Assembly (NCBI RefSeq): GCF_001462395.1
Contig: NZ_LNTB01000001.1
Location: 600,001 to 632,000, forward strand
From: Pyrodictium occultum
Lineage (GTDB): Archaea > Thermoproteota > Thermoprotei_A > Sulfolobales > Pyrodictiaceae
Reading direction: 5' to 3'
Length of the DNA: 32,000 nucleotides
Part shown: positions 1 through 10,090 of the stretch, one piece after another
How positions within the stretch are numbered: the first letter of the stretch is position 1
Layout of the letters: the number at the start of each line of letters is the position of its first letter
The notes under the pieces: model-generated
Seen by the model: only the letters and a program-made list of their open reading frames with translations
Database searches by the model: none
Told to the model about the DNA's origin: nothing
Translations under genes and position numbers: made by a program

Positions 1-3000
1 ACAACTAGGCATGTAGAGTACAGGCTCCCCCTCCCCATCCGCGTGGATGAGCCGGAGCAGATGCGTGTCGAGCCCCTCCTGCTAGGCTGGGCCTGGGGTG
101 CCGCCTACCCCGGCGAGGCCTCCACGCCCATAGGGATAGTCCTTGTGAACAGGGAGCCCTACACGGTCACGGGGCTCGTCGCGGTCCTCCAGCTCCCTCA
201 GGGTATGAGCATAGCCGGCGGCAGCGAGAGAGTATACCGGACCGCCCTCAGCAACCTGGCAGCCGGCTACGGCGACACGATAACGCTTACCCCGAGGGTC
301 GACGTGGACGGGAGCCTGGCGCCCGGAGTCTACAACGCGAGCCTGCAGCTCATCTTCACCGTGTCCTGGCAGGGCGCCACCACCACGCTGCCCGCCGTCT
401 TCAACTTCAGCCTCCCGGTGGCTAGCCCTGCGTCGCTGAAGGCCAAGATCCTCTATGCTGGCTGGAGTGACGGCTACGCCTACCCCGGAGAGGTCTCGGC
501 ACCCCTACGCGTAGCTGTGGAGAACCTGGAGGACGCCACGGTGACCGACGCGGTACTGACAATCCAGCTGCCCCAGGGTATAACCTGGAGAGGCCAGCAA
601 ACAGCCAGAATCACCGCGGGCAACCTAGCGGCCGGCTATGGGGGCGTGGTAGAGCTCTCGACGGCTCTAGACATTTCGCCCCGCCTCCCGCCGGGCCGCT
701 ATACGGCAAACGCCACCCTGGTCCTGGTGCTCAGGAGGAGCGATAACAGTGTGGCCGTTAAGTCTATGAAAATACCCTTAGTGCTCATCATCAGCCCTAA
801 GCGCGCAGAGAGGGTGGAGATTGTCTCGGCCCGCTGGGCCACCTGGGTCACCGGCGACAAGGCGTACTCGGCGACCCTTGATCTAAGCATAGGCTACTGG
901 GGCCACGGCACTCTCCGCTACCTAGTCGTTGAGGCTAGGCCCCTGAGGGGCGCCGCGCTGAGGGCGGGGAAGCCCAGCGCCACTGTGGTCCAGAGGCTCG
1001 ACCTCGCCCCAGGCGATATAGCCTCAATATCCATACCCGGGGTGAGCATAGCCGGTAACGCTACTAGGGTGGTGATGGCTCTCAACGTGACTGCGGTCAT
1101 CTCCTCGCCCGGCGGCGGCGTCTACAATATATCAGCCCGGAGGATCATAGAGCTTAGCCCGCTTCGCGAGCAGCCCCTCCGCCTAGGCTACGTTGATGTG
1201 GCGACCGCCCACCTGGTCCCCTCCTCGAGCAACGTAGAGGTGGACGTGGGGATAGCTAACACTGCACCGGAGCAGGTAACTATACTCTCCGCCAGCCCTG
1301 GCAGCGTCCCCGGCGTAGAGGCCCGGCTCGTCGGGGGCGACTGCCTGACAGCAGGCGTGGCCCCCGGCTCCGTCTGCACCCTCCGGCTCGAGGTGAACGT
1401 CTCCAGCAGCGCTAGGCCCGGGGCATACAGTGTGCCGCTCACCATATGGTACAGCTACCACGGCGAAGCCGGCACCGTGGTCACCGGCCGCCAGGAGGTA
1501 ACGGTGCCCCTCGTAGTGGAGCCGGTGGGCGACTATGCCCCAAGGCTGCTGGTGGCCAGGGCCTACCCTGCCACAGCTCCCGGCACAGCCCCGGTACACG
1601 TCTACCCCGGCGACGAGGCTGTGCCGCTACAGATCGAGGTATACAACCCAGGCCGCTACCAGGCCACCGGCGTGCTGGTCCGGCTAAAGCCCCTCGACCA
1701 GAGGGTAGAGGTGGCTAGCCAGCCCCAGGCCTGCAACGCCCTCGCTCCAGGCTCCTCGTGCACGGTCACAGCCTACCTCCGCGTAGCCCCCGGCGCACAG
1801 CCCGGCCCCCACCGCCTGGAGGTAACGATAAGCTACATATTCACCGGGTTCAACGCCCACGTGGTGGTAGAGTCCAGGAGGAACATAACCCTGGTAGTTG
1901 ACGACCCGAACAAGGCCGTGTACCTGCTTGACGCGGGCTGGCTCTACACGCCGAGGCCGGGCACCAGGACAGCAGTACTCCTCCTCCGCGTCTACACAGA
2001 CCCCTCCAGGGCCGCCCGCATATCATCCATAGTGGTCAAGCTCCCGCCGGGTCTCTTTAACCCCCAGACTGGCGGGGACATGGTGGTGGCGGTCCCGGAG
2101 GCCGAGGCGCTAGCGCAGCTCCCGCCGGGCTCCGCAGGGGGACGCAGCCCCGGGGTTAACCTGGAAAGGCTGCTCAACAGAGTGAGCGGCGCCGCCCTGG
2201 CAGGAGAGGCCGAGGTTTATGTAGCGCAGGTAGGCGTCAATACCACTAGGCCTGGCAGCGCGGCGCTAGTGGTCGACATAGCCTGGGTGGACCAGCTAGG
2301 CTATCTCCACCATGCGGTGAAGCAGCTGGAGATAGCCCTGCCTATGTCCCCCAGCATCATAGAGGTTAGGGCCCCAGTCTACGCCGATCTACGGGGCGGC
2401 GTGGCAACGGTCAACGTTACCCTCTTGAACGAGGGGCCCTCCCTGGTCTACAACGTCTATGCTGTGCTGGCTCCCGTCTCCACGGCAGGCTACGTGGCCT
2501 CCTCAACCAGGTACCTGCCCGTGCTCGAGCCGGGGGAGCCCGTTAACTTGACCTACCGGGTCGTATTCAACCCGGCCAGCTTCGGCTCCTCGAAGAGCTA
2601 CACGTTCACTGGTTTGCTGACGCTAGTCTACGAGGACGCGGCCGGCAGGCTCAATACATTGAACACCAGCATAGCCTTCATAATGAGGCCCTCTATAATC
2701 CTACGCTTCACCCAGCTTGATGCAGAGTGGCATAACGGCACACTGATAATCAAGGGTATAATAGCGAACGAGGGCGTCGAGACAGCCGAGGCGGTAAGAA
2801 TAGAAGCCTACGCCGACGGCGGCCACGCCTCCATCCTCCTGGGCTCTCTAGACCCTTCAAGCGAGACGCCCTTCAGACTAGAGCTTCACCTCCAGAGGAG
2901 GCCCGAGGAAGCGAGGATCACGGTCTACTACAGCGACAGCTACGGCATAGTCTATAGTATGAACGAGACGCTGCCGGTGAGGGAGGCAGTGCCGAGCAAC

Positions 3001-3147
3001 ACCCCCGCAGCCGGCAAGAGTATGGAGGCTAGGCCCCCGCTGAGCCCCAGCGAGGTAGGCGGCGTGGCGGCCGTGCTGGCCGCTCTAGCGGCTGTCCTGG
3101 GATATGTGGCTTATACGAGGCATCATAGGCTCCCCGGAAACGTGTAG
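1..3147 (+). CDS. Large cell-surface/secreted protein built from tandem beta-sandwich modules (CARDB / COG1361 'S-layer domain'-like) with a C-terminal membrane anchor. The 5' end is probably outside the window.
   Basis: Frame 1 is open from nt 1, with no stop before the GTG at 43. Residues encoded by 1-42 (..YRLPLPI) resemble the inter-module linker FSLPV seen later. No signal peptide follows the GTG at 43. The motif set YPGE..LPQG..NLAAGYG..PG.Y recurs. There are many N-x-S/T sequons. The C-terminal hydrophobic stretch VGGVAAVLAALAAVLGYVAY is followed by basic residues. Confidence 0.75.
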   Translation, partial: TTRHVEYRLPLPIRVDEPEQMRVEPLLLGWAWGAAYPGEASTPIGIVLVNREPYTVTGLVAVLQLPQGMSIAGGSERVYRTALSNLAAGYGDTITLTPRVDVDGSLAPGVYNASLQLIFTVSWQGATTTLPAVFNFSLPVASPASLKAKILYAGWSDGYAYPGEVSAPLRVAVENLEDATVTDAVLTIQLPQGITWRGQQTARITAGNLAAGYGGVVELSTALDISPRLPPGRYTANATLVLVLRRSDNSVAVKSMKIPLVLIISPKRAERVEIVSARWATWVTGDKAYSATLDLSIGYWGHGTLRYLVVEARPLRGAALRAGKPSATVVQRLDLAPGDIASISIPGVSIAGNATRVVMALNVTAVISSPGGGVYNISARRIIELSPLREQPLRLGYVDVATAHLVPSSSNVEVDVGIANTAPEQVTILSASPGSVPGVEARLVGGDCLTAGVAPGSVCTLRLEVNVSSSARPGAYSVPLTIWYSYHGEAGTVVTGRQEVTVPLVVEPVGDYAPRLLVARAYPATAPGTAPVHVYPGDEAVPLQIEVYNPGRYQATGVLVRLKPLDQRVEVASQPQACNALAPGSSCTVTAYLRVAPGAQPGPHRLEVTISYIFTGFNAHVVVESRRNITLVVDDPNKAVYLLDAGWLYTPRPGTRTAVLLLRVYTDPSRAARISSIVVKLPPGLFNPQTGGDMVVAVPEAEALAQLPPGSAGGRSPGVNLERLLNRVSGAALAGEAEVYVAQVGVNTTRPGSAALVVDIAWVDQLGYLHHAVKQLEIALPMSPSIIEVRAPVYADLRGGVATVNVTLLNEGPSLVYNVYAVLAPVSTAGYVASSTRYLPVLEPGEPVNLTYRVVFNPASFGSSKSYTFTGLLTLVYEDAAGRLNTLNTSIAFIMRPSIILRFTQLDAEWHNGTLIIKGIIANEGVETAEAVRIEAYADGGHASILLGSLDPSSETPFRLELHLQRRPEEARITVYYSDSYGIVYSMNETLPVREAVPSNTPAAGKSMEARPPLSPSEVGGVAAVLAALAAVLGYVAYTRHHRLPGNV
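70..819 (+). repeat. Two tandem modules of about 375 nt (125 aa) inside the surface-protein gene; more diverged modules follow.
   Basis: TAC CCC GG. GAG (YPGE) occurs at 106 and at 481, an offset of 375 nt. The LPQG (about 195 vs 570) and NLAAGYG (about 253 vs 621) blocks are colinear. Similarity is visible at nucleotide level. Confidence 0.6.
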
Positions 3148-3175
3148 AGAGGGCTATCTCCCGGAGGCGGCGAGG

Positions 3176-4399
3176 ATGCTGAAGCTCGGCGAGATTCTTG
3201 ACATAGCTGTTTTCGCTGTAAGGGCTATCAGCGAGCGGAAGGCGAGGAGCGCACTAACCATCATAGGGATAGCTATAGGCCCGCTGGCGCTCGTAGCTAT
3301 AATGAGCGTGGTGCAGGGCTACTCCGGCTACGTGATCAAGCAGATCCAGGGCCTCGGACAGAACATTATAGTGCTCGTACCTAGCTCAAGCTACAAGCTC
3401 ACACAGAACGACCTAGCGTTCCTTGAGAGGCTTCCCGGCGTGGAGGCGCTCACACCCTTCTACACCGCCCACGCTAAGGTAAGGCAGGGCGCGAAGAGCA
3501 TAGATGTGACAGTGTACGCTGTGGACCTGGACACGTTCTTCAAGGCGCTCGCGAAGCTCCGGCTCGAGGAGGGCCGCGTCCCCTCTCCAGGTGAGAGCGT
3601 AGCGGCGGTGCTAGGGCACTTCGTAGCCTACGATGAGCAGGGGCGCCGCCGCTACTCCCCCGGGGACGTGGTGACCCTCACATACTACGAGATAGGCAAG
3701 GGCGGGCAGATCAGGGAGAGGAGGATAAACGTGGTGGTCAGCGGCGTGCTCGCCGAGTTCGGCAACGCCTTCTTCGTGAATCCGGATAAGACCGTGTTCC
3801 TCCCCCTCAGCGCCGGTAGGCGGGTGCTGGGCCTCCACGACTGGAGCGGCATAATCATAGTGGTGCGTGACCCGGCGCTTGTGGAGAACCTGACCAAGCG
3901 CCTGCGCAGCATCTACGAGGACCGCGCCGGCGTCATCTCGCTGGTGGAGGTAGCTAGGGTTGTCAGTAGCATAACGGCCGCGATGAGGTTTGTAACGCTG
4001 GCTGCGGGTGGGGCGGCGTTCATGGTTGCTGTGACCGGCGTGGCGGCAACCATGATAACATCGGTTATGGAGCGTACCAGGGAGATAGGCGTATTGAAGG
4101 CTTTAGGCTTCACTAACGTTGAGGTACTCTTAATGATACTCTCGGAGGCGCTCGTGATGAGCGTGCTGGGCGCCGTCATAGGTATAGTATTGGGCGTTGT
4201 GGCGGCCTACGTGCTCTCCGGCAGGGGCATGGTGATACGGGGGGCCCAGACAATAGTTATAAAGGCTGAGCCCGCGATAACCCCGGAGCTGCTGTCCATG
4301 GTGCTAGTCATGACTATAGTGGTGGGGCTGGTCGGGGGGGCTCTACCTGCATATAAGGCGGCTAAGATACCTCCCGCGGCGGCGCTCCGCTACGAGTAG
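3176..4399 (+). CDS. ABC transporter permease, FtsX/MacB type
   Basis: The architecture is an N-terminal TM helix, an extracytoplasmic domain of about 220 aa, and a C-terminal 3-TM FtsX-like block (..ERTREIGVLKALGF..). The ATG at 3176 lies after the upstream stop (3145-3147) and is preceded by GGAGG. The track start at 3104 would overlap the upstream gene. Confidence 0.8.
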   Translation: MLKLGEILDIAVFAVRAISERKARSALTIIGIAIGPLALVAIMSVVQGYSGYVIKQIQGLGQNIIVLVPSSSYKLTQNDLAFLERLPGVEALTPFYTAHAKVRQGAKSIDVTVYAVDLDTFFKALAKLRLEEGRVPSPGESVAAVLGHFVAYDEQGRRRYSPGDVVTLTYYEIGKGGQIRERRINVVVSGVLAEFGNAFFVNPDKTVFLPLSAGRRVLGLHDWSGIIIVVRDPALVENLTKRLRSIYEDRAGVISLVEVARVVSSITAAMRFVTLAAGGAAFMVAVTGVAATMITSVMERTREIGVLKALGFTNVEVLLMILSEALVMSVLGAVIGIVLGVVAAYVLSGRGMVIRGAQTIVIKAEPAITPELLSMVLVMTIVVGLVGGALPAYKAAKIPPAAALRYE

Positions 4400-4429
4400 A
4401 CAGGGGCCGGCGCCGAGTGGCGGCAGGGG

Positions 4430-4753
4430 GTGGGATGCTTGAGCAGGGAGTATAAGGGCCGCAGAGTGGTAGTCTGGCCCGTCTATATAGACTCCAGTGC
4501 CTCGCGGGGCGAGGGCCGGAAGGTGCCGCTGAGAGACGCTGTGAGGAAGCCGAGAGTCGAGGAGATAGTTAAGGCGGCCCAGAGGCTCGGGCTCAACCCG
4601 GAGGTGGAGGAGGCCCGGTACCCGCGCAGCTGGTGGGAGAACACGAAGCGCGTCGTAGTGGACAAGATGGGTTCCAAGCTAAACACGCTGAAGGCTATAG
4701 CGGCCGAGATTAGGAAGCTCCGTGAGGAGAGGCGTAGGCTACGCCGCGCCTGA
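4430..4753 (+). CDS. srp19: Signal recognition particle protein SRP19
   Basis: VVVWPVYIDSSASRGEGRKVP...RYPRSWWE matches the archaeal SRP19 signature (IWP.Y.D...SR.EGR+VP). The size (107 aa) is typical. The start is GTG. Confidence 0.85.
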   Translation: MGCLSREYKGRRVVVWPVYIDSSASRGEGRKVPLRDAVRKPRVEEIVKAAQRLGLNPEVEEARYPRSWWENTKRVVVDKMGSKLNTLKAIAAEIRKLREERRRLRRA

Positions 4754-4800
4754 AATTAGGCGGCGTCCCGCGCCGGGGCTGCAGCAAGGGTGTCAGGGCA

Positions 4801-5166
4801 ATGCACGTGGATGTGAACGCGTCCATGCTCCTGGCGGCGCTGGCCCTGACGCTGCTGGTGAACGTGCCGTTCGGCTACTGGCGCGCCTTCGCCAAGCGGA
4901 GCAGGCGGATGCTAGAGTGGGCTATCGCGGTCCACGCCCCAGTCCCCGTGGTAGTGGTGCTGAGGCACTGGGCCGGGGTGCAGCTGTCCCTCGACTACGC
5001 CGGCGTCATAGCCCTCTTCGTGGCCATGTACTTCGCGGGGCAGCGGGTAGGAGCCATGATACACGGCATCCTCGCCTCCCGGGGCTGCATGACGGGCCGC
5101 AACATGTTCGATGACGTGCTCCGCTTCTACCGCGCCGCCTCGCGGCGGCTGCAGGGAGCCGGCTAG
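4801..5166 (+). CDS. Small hydrophobic membrane protein, function unknown
   Basis: Third-codon-position GC is high and codon usage matches neighbouring genes. There are about 3 hydrophobic segments. No family was recognised. Confidence 0.5.
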   Translation: MHVDVNASMLLAALALTLLVNVPFGYWRAFAKRSRRMLEWAIAVHAPVPVVVVLRHWAGVQLSLDYAGVIALFVAMYFAGQRVGAMIHGILASRGCMTGRNMFDDVLRFYRAASRRLQGAG

Positions 5167-5169
5167 GAG

Positions 5170-6429
5170 CTAGCCTGGCCGGCTCCTCTCGAAGGGGTTC
5201 ACCGCCTCCGCCTCCCCGGTCAGCTCGCCCTCCACGTACACCGGTACCCCGCCCACCAGGGTGGCCAGAACCTCCATGCAGCCCCTCTCCATGAAGTATG
5301 GTACTAGCCTGGCCTTGCTCCACCGGGGCGCCCCTATCCTGGTGCTGGCCGGGCGCCAGGCCGCCAGGTCCGCCCGAGCCCCCGGCTCCAGCACGCCGTA
5401 GCCCCTTAGCCCCAGTATATCCGCGGGCCCCTTCCCGGCGAGGCGGAGGAACTCTTCAAGCCTCAGCGCCCCGGCCTCAACGAGGCAGTAGAGGAGGCTG
5501 GGCCAGGCCTCGAGCCAGGCTATGCCCGGGCTGCAGGTGAGGGGCTCAGTCTTCTCCCACGCCGCGTGGGGCGCATGGTCGCTTGCCACGGCGTTGACCC
5601 CGGCCTCGAGGAGGGTCTGGAGCAGCCTCCACTCCTCTATGGAGCTGCGGAGTGGAGGATTGACCCGGTAGAGGCAGTCCTCGCCCCAGCCCTGGAGCAG
5701 CAGGTGGTGGGGCGCCACATCCACGGTGAAGCCCGAATTGCGGGCGTGCTCTATGGTCGAGGGGCAGGAGGCGTGGGTTATATGGAGCCGGGCCCGGGGC
5801 TCCAGGCTCCTCAGCAGCTGTACAGCGGCGGCCTCCCAGTGGCAGCCCCGATGCACTGCTCTGAGGCTATTGCTCTCCGCCACGGGCTTCTCGGCCTCCG
5901 GGAGCTCGGGGTGGACAACCACTAGCGCGCCGGGGAGCTCAAGGATACGCTTGACAGCCTCCATCCTCTCCTCCAGGTCGCCCGGGTAGATCTTGAACCC
6001 CGCTACCGGGAGGGAGGCAAGCTCCTCGACGAGGCCCGGGCTGTCGGGGACACCGGCGTAGACGGCGTAGTCGACCAGGCTCCTCTTCCGCAGAGCCCTC
6101 AGCTTCTTCTCAAGCGCCTCGGGAGTGGAGAGGCGGGGCACCGTATTCGGCATATCCGCCACCAGGGTTATCCCTGCGGAGGCGGCTGCGGCTGTGCCGC
6201 TGCGCTCATCCTCCTTGTAGTCCAGCCGGAGGCCGCGGAGGTGGACATGCATGTCTATGAAGCCGGGGGACACGTAGACCCCCATCCCCCGGTAGTCGAG
6301 CACGCGCTCTGCGCTGACGGGCTTCCTGTGGATGCCCGTAACCAGGCCTCCACGGGCCGCTACACAGCCCTCGCCGAGCACCCCCCGATGGTCTACGAGG
6401 ATGCCGCAGACTACCGTGTCTGCCTGCAT
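5170..6429 (-). CDS. pyrC: Dihydroorotase (amidohydrolase superfamily)
   Basis: Carries the metal-binding motif PGFIDMHVHLRG, then ADMPNT and an SDHAPH-like block. It is the last gene of the pyr operon and overlaps pyrK by 19 nt. Confidence 0.8.
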   Translation of the reverse strand: MQADTVVCGILVDHRGVLGEGCVAARGGLVTGIHRKPVSAERVLDYRGMGVYVSPGFIDMHVHLRGLRLDYKEDERSGTAAAASAGITLVADMPNTVPRLSTPEALEKKLRALRKRSLVDYAVYAGVPDSPGLVEELASLPVAGFKIYPGDLEERMEAVKRILELPGALVVVHPELPEAEKPVAESNSLRAVHRGCHWEAAAVQLLRSLEPRARLHITHASCPSTIEHARNSGFTVDVAPHHLLLQGWGEDCLYRVNPPLRSSIEEWRLLQTLLEAGVNAVASDHAPHAAWEKTEPLTCSPGIAWLEAWPSLLYCLVEAGALRLEEFLRLAGKGPADILGLRGYGVLEPGARADLAAWRPASTRIGAPRWSKARLVPYFMERGCMEVLATLVGGVPVYVEGELTGEAEAVNPFERSRPG

Positions 6430-7226
6430 GACTCCTCAGCCCAGCAGCCCAGCTTCGCTGCGGGCAGCACGGGGCCCTCGCGGCATAGTAGGATGCCGGT
6501 GCAGGGCACCAGGCAGGCGCCGCAGAAGCCCATGCCGCAGCGCACCATGGTCTCTAGGCTGAGGTAGAGGCGGCCCAGCAGCCCCTTCCCCGCGGCGAGA
6601 CGGTATAGGCGGCAGAGCATGGCCTCGGGGCCTGCCGCGGCTACTGCGTCGAAGCCCTCCAGGCCTAGATCCTCGACGACGTCTACAACGGTGCCCCGGC
6701 GCCCCCTGCTCCCGTTCTCGGTAGCCACTACTAGCTCCACCCCGGGGCCCAGGTAGCCCTCCACGGGCGCAAGCTCCCCCGCACTACGAGCACCGTAGAC
6801 GAAGACTACCGTTGCCCCCTGGTCGGCCGCCCACCTGGCCACGGGCGTCAGCGAGGCGGCCCCGGTGCCCCCGGCGGCCAGTAGGAGCCTAGCAGCCCTG
6901 GGCTTGAAGCCCCTCCCCATCGGGCCTATGATCCCTGCCCTCTCCGGCGGCTCCTCCACAATCCTCCTCGTGGTCGGGCCCCGCGCCTTCACGAGGAAGT
7001 CGAGCCTCTTAGCGCCGGAGTATATCGGTGCCAGCGGTACAGCCTCCATCCCCGGGACCCAGAACATGGCGAACTGGGCGGGCTCGAAGACTGGAGGCCT
7101 GCAGCCCAGGGGCTGGTATGAGAGGAGTGCCACCCCCTCCCCGCGCCACAGGATTCTGCGCAGCTTGAGGCTGCAGTAGTCGTAGCGTCTATCCCCGCTA
7201 GCCCCCCTGCTCCTCGAGCTGCTCAA
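6411..7226 (-). CDS. pyrK: Dihydroorotate dehydrogenase electron-transfer subunit (FAD/NAD-binding, 2Fe-2S)
   Basis: Has a C-terminal cluster motif CGMGFCGAC...C, an AAGGTGAA nucleotide-binding loop, and sits in a pyr operon context. Confidence 0.75.
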   Translation of the reverse strand: MSSSRSRGASGDRRYDYCSLKLRRILWRGEGVALLSYQPLGCRPPVFEPAQFAMFWVPGMEAVPLAPIYSGAKRLDFLVKARGPTTRRIVEEPPERAGIIGPMGRGFKPRAARLLLAAGGTGAASLTPVARWAADQGATVVFVYGARSAGELAPVEGYLGPGVELVVATENGSRGRRGTVVDVVEDLGLEGFDAVAAAGPEAMLCRLYRLAAGKGLLGRLYLSLETMVRCGMGFCGACLVPCTGILLCREGPVLPAAKLGCWAEESCRQTR

Positions 7227-7683
7227 GCACGTCCTCCTCCTCCATTATGGTGCCGCAGTAGACGCACTGGAGGCGTAGGGGGTGCTCGGAGAGGAGCCGG
7301 AACCTCGGCCGCACCGGCTCCCTGGGCTTGCGAGTTATGCAGGTGGGGTTGGTGCAGGATATTATCCCCTCTATGACCGGGGGTAGTTTGACCCTCTTCT
7401 TCTCGACAACCCGATAGTCTTTAACAATGTTTATAGTGGCCGTGGGGGCTATCAACGCTATCCTGTTAACCTCCTCGCTGCTCAGATGCCTGCCCTCAAC
7501 CTTCACAATGTCCTTCCAGCCGAGCTTCCTGCTCTCAACGTTCATTACCACGGCAACCCTCAGCCCCTCCCTCCCGGTTATCCCGAGTATCCTCAGCACG
7601 GCGAGGGCGCGGCCGGCAGGTATGTGGTCGATGACTGTTCCCTCCCTTATCCTGCGTACGAGCAGCCCCTCGGAGGGAGCCAT
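7198..7683 (-). CDS. pyrI: Aspartate carbamoyltransferase regulatory chain
   Basis: Has [10 protein letters not shown] in the N-terminal domain and a C-terminal zinc domain with C..C ... C..C (CTNPTC...CVYCG). It lies immediately downstream of pyrB. Confidence 0.85.
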   Translation of the reverse strand: MAPSEGLLVRRIREGTVIDHIPAGRALAVLRILGITGREGLRVAVVMNVESRKLGWKDIVKVEGRHLSSEEVNRIALIAPTATINIVKDYRVVEKKRVKLPPVIEGIISCTNPTCITRKPREPVRPRFRLLSEHPLRLQCVYCGTIMEEEDVLEQLEEQGG

Positions 7684-7689
7684 CGAGGG

Positions 7690-8634
7690 CTACACCTCCG
7701 CTCCGAGCACCAGGGAGAGGAGGGCCATGCGCACCGGCACACCGTTACGAGCCTGGATAAAGTAGGCCGCGTAGCTGGTCTCGTCCACGTCGAAGGCTAT
7801 CTCGTCGACCCTGGGCAGCGGGTGTAGCACCCTGAGCCCGGGCTTAGCGTGCTTCTCGAGCAGCTCCCTGGTAACACGGTAGCTCCCCCTAACCTTCTCG
7901 TACTCCCTGGGATCCGGGAACCTCTCCTTCTGGATACGGGTCACGTATAGCACGTCGAGCTCGCCCAGCACGTCCTCGAGCCGGTCAACCTCCTCGTAGC
8001 GTATCCCTGCCTCCTCCAGCCTCACCCGCACCTCCGGGCGGGTGCGCAGCAGTGGCGGGGAGATCAGGTAGACCTTCTCCGGCTTGAAGAGGGTTAGGCC
8101 GAGGATGAAGCTCGAGGCCGCGCGGCCGAAGCGCAGGTCGCCCAGAACCCCGTAGACGAGCCCGTCTATGCCGCCGAAGAGCTCCTTCACAGTGAAGAGG
8201 TCCAGCATCGCCTGGGTTGGGTGATGCTGCTTGCCATCCCCGGCATTTATGACGGGCTTCTCCGCCACCTCAGCCGCGTAGAGGGCTGTGCCCTCGTAGC
8301 GGTGCCTAATCACTATCACGTCCGCGTAGCCGTCCAGCATCCTAACCGTATCGGCCAGGTTCTCCCCCTTAGCGACGCTCACCGCCTCTTCGCCGGTGAA
8401 CCCTATAGTCTCTGCGCCCAGCCTCTTGGCGGCGGCCTCGAAGCTGAGCCTCGTCCTTGTTGAGGGCTCGAAGAACGCTAGCGCCACTATTTTGCCCTCG
8501 AGGAGCCTCGGCAGCCTGCCCTCGGAGAGCAGCCTCTTCATCCGCTCAGCGGCTTCGAAGAGGCTGCAGAGATCCTCCCGGGTGAAGTCGAGGATGCTGA
8601 TAACGTCCCGTCCACGCCAGCCCTGCGCAGGCAT
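7690..8634 (-). CDS. pyrB: Aspartate carbamoyltransferase catalytic chain
   Basis: Carries the STRTR, HPTQ and HPLPR motifs. Length is 314 aa. Confidence 0.9.
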   Translation of the reverse strand: MPAQGWRGRDVISILDFTREDLCSLFEAAERMKRLLSEGRLPRLLEGKIVALAFFEPSTRTRLSFEAAAKRLGAETIGFTGEEAVSVAKGENLADTVRMLDGYADVIVIRHRYEGTALYAAEVAEKPVINAGDGKQHHPTQAMLDLFTVKELFGGIDGLVYGVLGDLRFGRAASSFILGLTLFKPEKVYLISPPLLRTRPEVRVRLEEAGIRYEEVDRLEDVLGELDVLYVTRIQKERFPDPREYEKVRGSYRVTRELLEKHAKPGLRVLHPLPRVDEIAFDVDETSYAAYFIQARNGVPVRMALLSLVLGAEV

Positions 8635-8642
8635 TCGGGCCC

Positions 8643-9242
8643 TCAGTCCTCCTCTCCGTAGAGGCTGGCTATAACCCTCCGGGCCTCCTCGCGGGAGAGC
8701 AGTCCCTCCTCCGCCGCAGCCCTGAGCACCCCCCGCAGCGTCGCCACCCTCATCAGCCGGACACCCATGCCCTCCAGCCTCTCCCTAGCCCCCTGCTCCC
8801 GGTCGACAACCACGAGGGCGTAGCGCGTCTCCGCCCCGGCGCCCCGTAGCGCCTCCACGGCCGAGGCGAGGCTCCCCCCGGTGGTTGCCACATCATCTAC
8901 GACGAGGACGGTCCTGCCCTCAACCACGCCCTCAACCCTCCTGCCCAGGCCATGCTGCTTCTTCTCGCCCCTCACGTACGCCATGGGCTTGCCCGCGTAG
9001 AGCGCCAGGCCAGCCGCCCATGCTATACCCGCAGTAGCCACCCCGGCCACTACGTCGTACTCTGCCTCGAGCGATGCAGCGTGGAGGAGGGAGAGGACGG
9101 CCCGGAAAGCCCGGGGGTAGCTGGGCAGCCTCCGGAGGTCGATATACACCGGGCTCTTCGCTCCACTGGTCAGGGTGAACTCGCCGAGCTGGAGGGCCCC
9201 CGTCTCGACCAGTATCCTCGCCAGCAGCTTCTCAGGATCCAT
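8643..9242 (-). CDS. pyrE: Orotate phosphoribosyltransferase
   Basis: Has the PRPP-binding loop [13 protein letters not shown], the right size, and pyr operon context. Confidence 0.85.
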   Translation of the reverse strand: MDPEKLLARILVETGALQLGEFTLTSGAKSPVYIDLRRLPSYPRAFRAVLSLLHAASLEAEYDVVAGVATAGIAWAAGLALYAGKPMAYVRGEKKQHGLGRRVEGVVEGRTVLVVDDVATTGGSLASAVEALRGAGAETRYALVVVDREQGARERLEGMGVRLMRVATLRGVLRAAAEEGLLSREEARRVIASLYGEED

Positions 9243-9906
9243 GGCTCGTCCCCCGGCAGTTGCTGAGCCTCGCCTCCTGCTCTCTGCGTATCCTCTCAGC
9301 GGCCTCCACGGGGTCGCCGCTCCCGGTTATGGCGCGGCCGACTATCTCGTAGTCGGCGCCGGCGCAGAGGGCGGAGCCGGGCTCAGCCCCCTGGGCGCCC
9401 ACCCCCGGGGACATTATGGCTACGCCCGGGCCGAGCCTCCTCCTAACAATGCCGACCACCCCGGGCCTCGTCGCGGGGGCCACCACGCCCCAGGGCCTAA
9501 GCCTCTCCAGCGTCTCGAGTATCCTGGGGAGAGCGTGGTCGTAGGCCTCCCGGGCCCCCGGGTGGCTCATGGACGCCACTACCACCAGCCTCTTGCCCAG
9601 TGAGTCCAGGTAGTCCTTGAGCTCGCCGAGCGCCCCCTCCACGCCCACAAACCCGTGGGCTATCACGGCGTCGACGTGCTCAGCGACAAGCCCAGCCGTA
9701 AGCCTCATTACGTAGCCTATGTCGGCTAGCTTGAGGTCCGCCACCCAGAGCGCGTCCCGGCACCTCCTCCGGAGCAGCCCGGCGTAGCCCGGGCCCCTGG
9801 CCATGAGGAGGGGGAGGCCCAGCTTGAAGCCGTCAACCCGGCTGCAGAGCTTCCCGACAAGCTCCTCGTAACCTCCAGGCCTGTCGAGAGCCACGAGCAG
9901 CCCCAT
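9232..9906 (-). CDS. pyrF: Orotidine 5'-phosphate decarboxylase
   Basis: Has LVALD near the N-terminus and the DLKLADIG motif. It is the first gene of the operon and overlaps pyrE by 11 nt. Confidence 0.8.
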   Translation of the reverse strand: MGLLVALDRPGGYEELVGKLCSRVDGFKLGLPLLMARGPGYAGLLRRRCRDALWVADLKLADIGYVMRLTAGLVAEHVDAVIAHGFVGVEGALGELKDYLDSLGKRLVVVASMSHPGAREAYDHALPRILETLERLRPWGVVAPATRPGVVGIVRRRLGPGVAIMSPGVGAQGAEPGSALCAGADYEIVGRAITGSGDPVEAAERIRREQEARLSNCRGTSHGS

Positions 9907-9946
9907 AGCAGCCGCTGCCCATGGTTCCCCTGGATGCGGGGCTAGG

Positions 9947-9956
9947 GCTAAATAGC
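9947..9956 (-). promoter_or_regulatory. TATA-like element (minus-strand reading GCTATTTAGC), candidate promoter of the pyrF-pyrC operon
   Basis: This is the only A/T-rich patch in the 184-nt divergent spacer. It is centred about 45 nt upstream of the pyrF ATG (9906). Confidence 0.3.
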
Positions 9957-10090
9957 CATGTGGCGCCGCCCGGCTGGGGGCGCTGGACCCATCCAGGGCC
10001 CTGCCGGGTTATGAAGGGAGGACCGGGAGGACCTTGCAGGGCCTTCATGTGCCAGGGCTCTATGGCGGCTCCGCCTCGAGCCGAGGGGAG

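Noticed and set aside
1183-1599. Numerous long antisense or alternate-frame ORFs in the track, for example 1183-1599(-), 5006-5323(-), 22245-22874(-), 24897-25589(+), 29690-30271(-) and 30208-30792(+).
   Set aside because: They lie inside well-supported genes. Their products are Arg/Pro/Gly/Ala-rich and low in complexity, and they lack the host's GC3 and codon pattern. Such ORFs are expected from stop-codon scarcity in DNA of about 65% GC.
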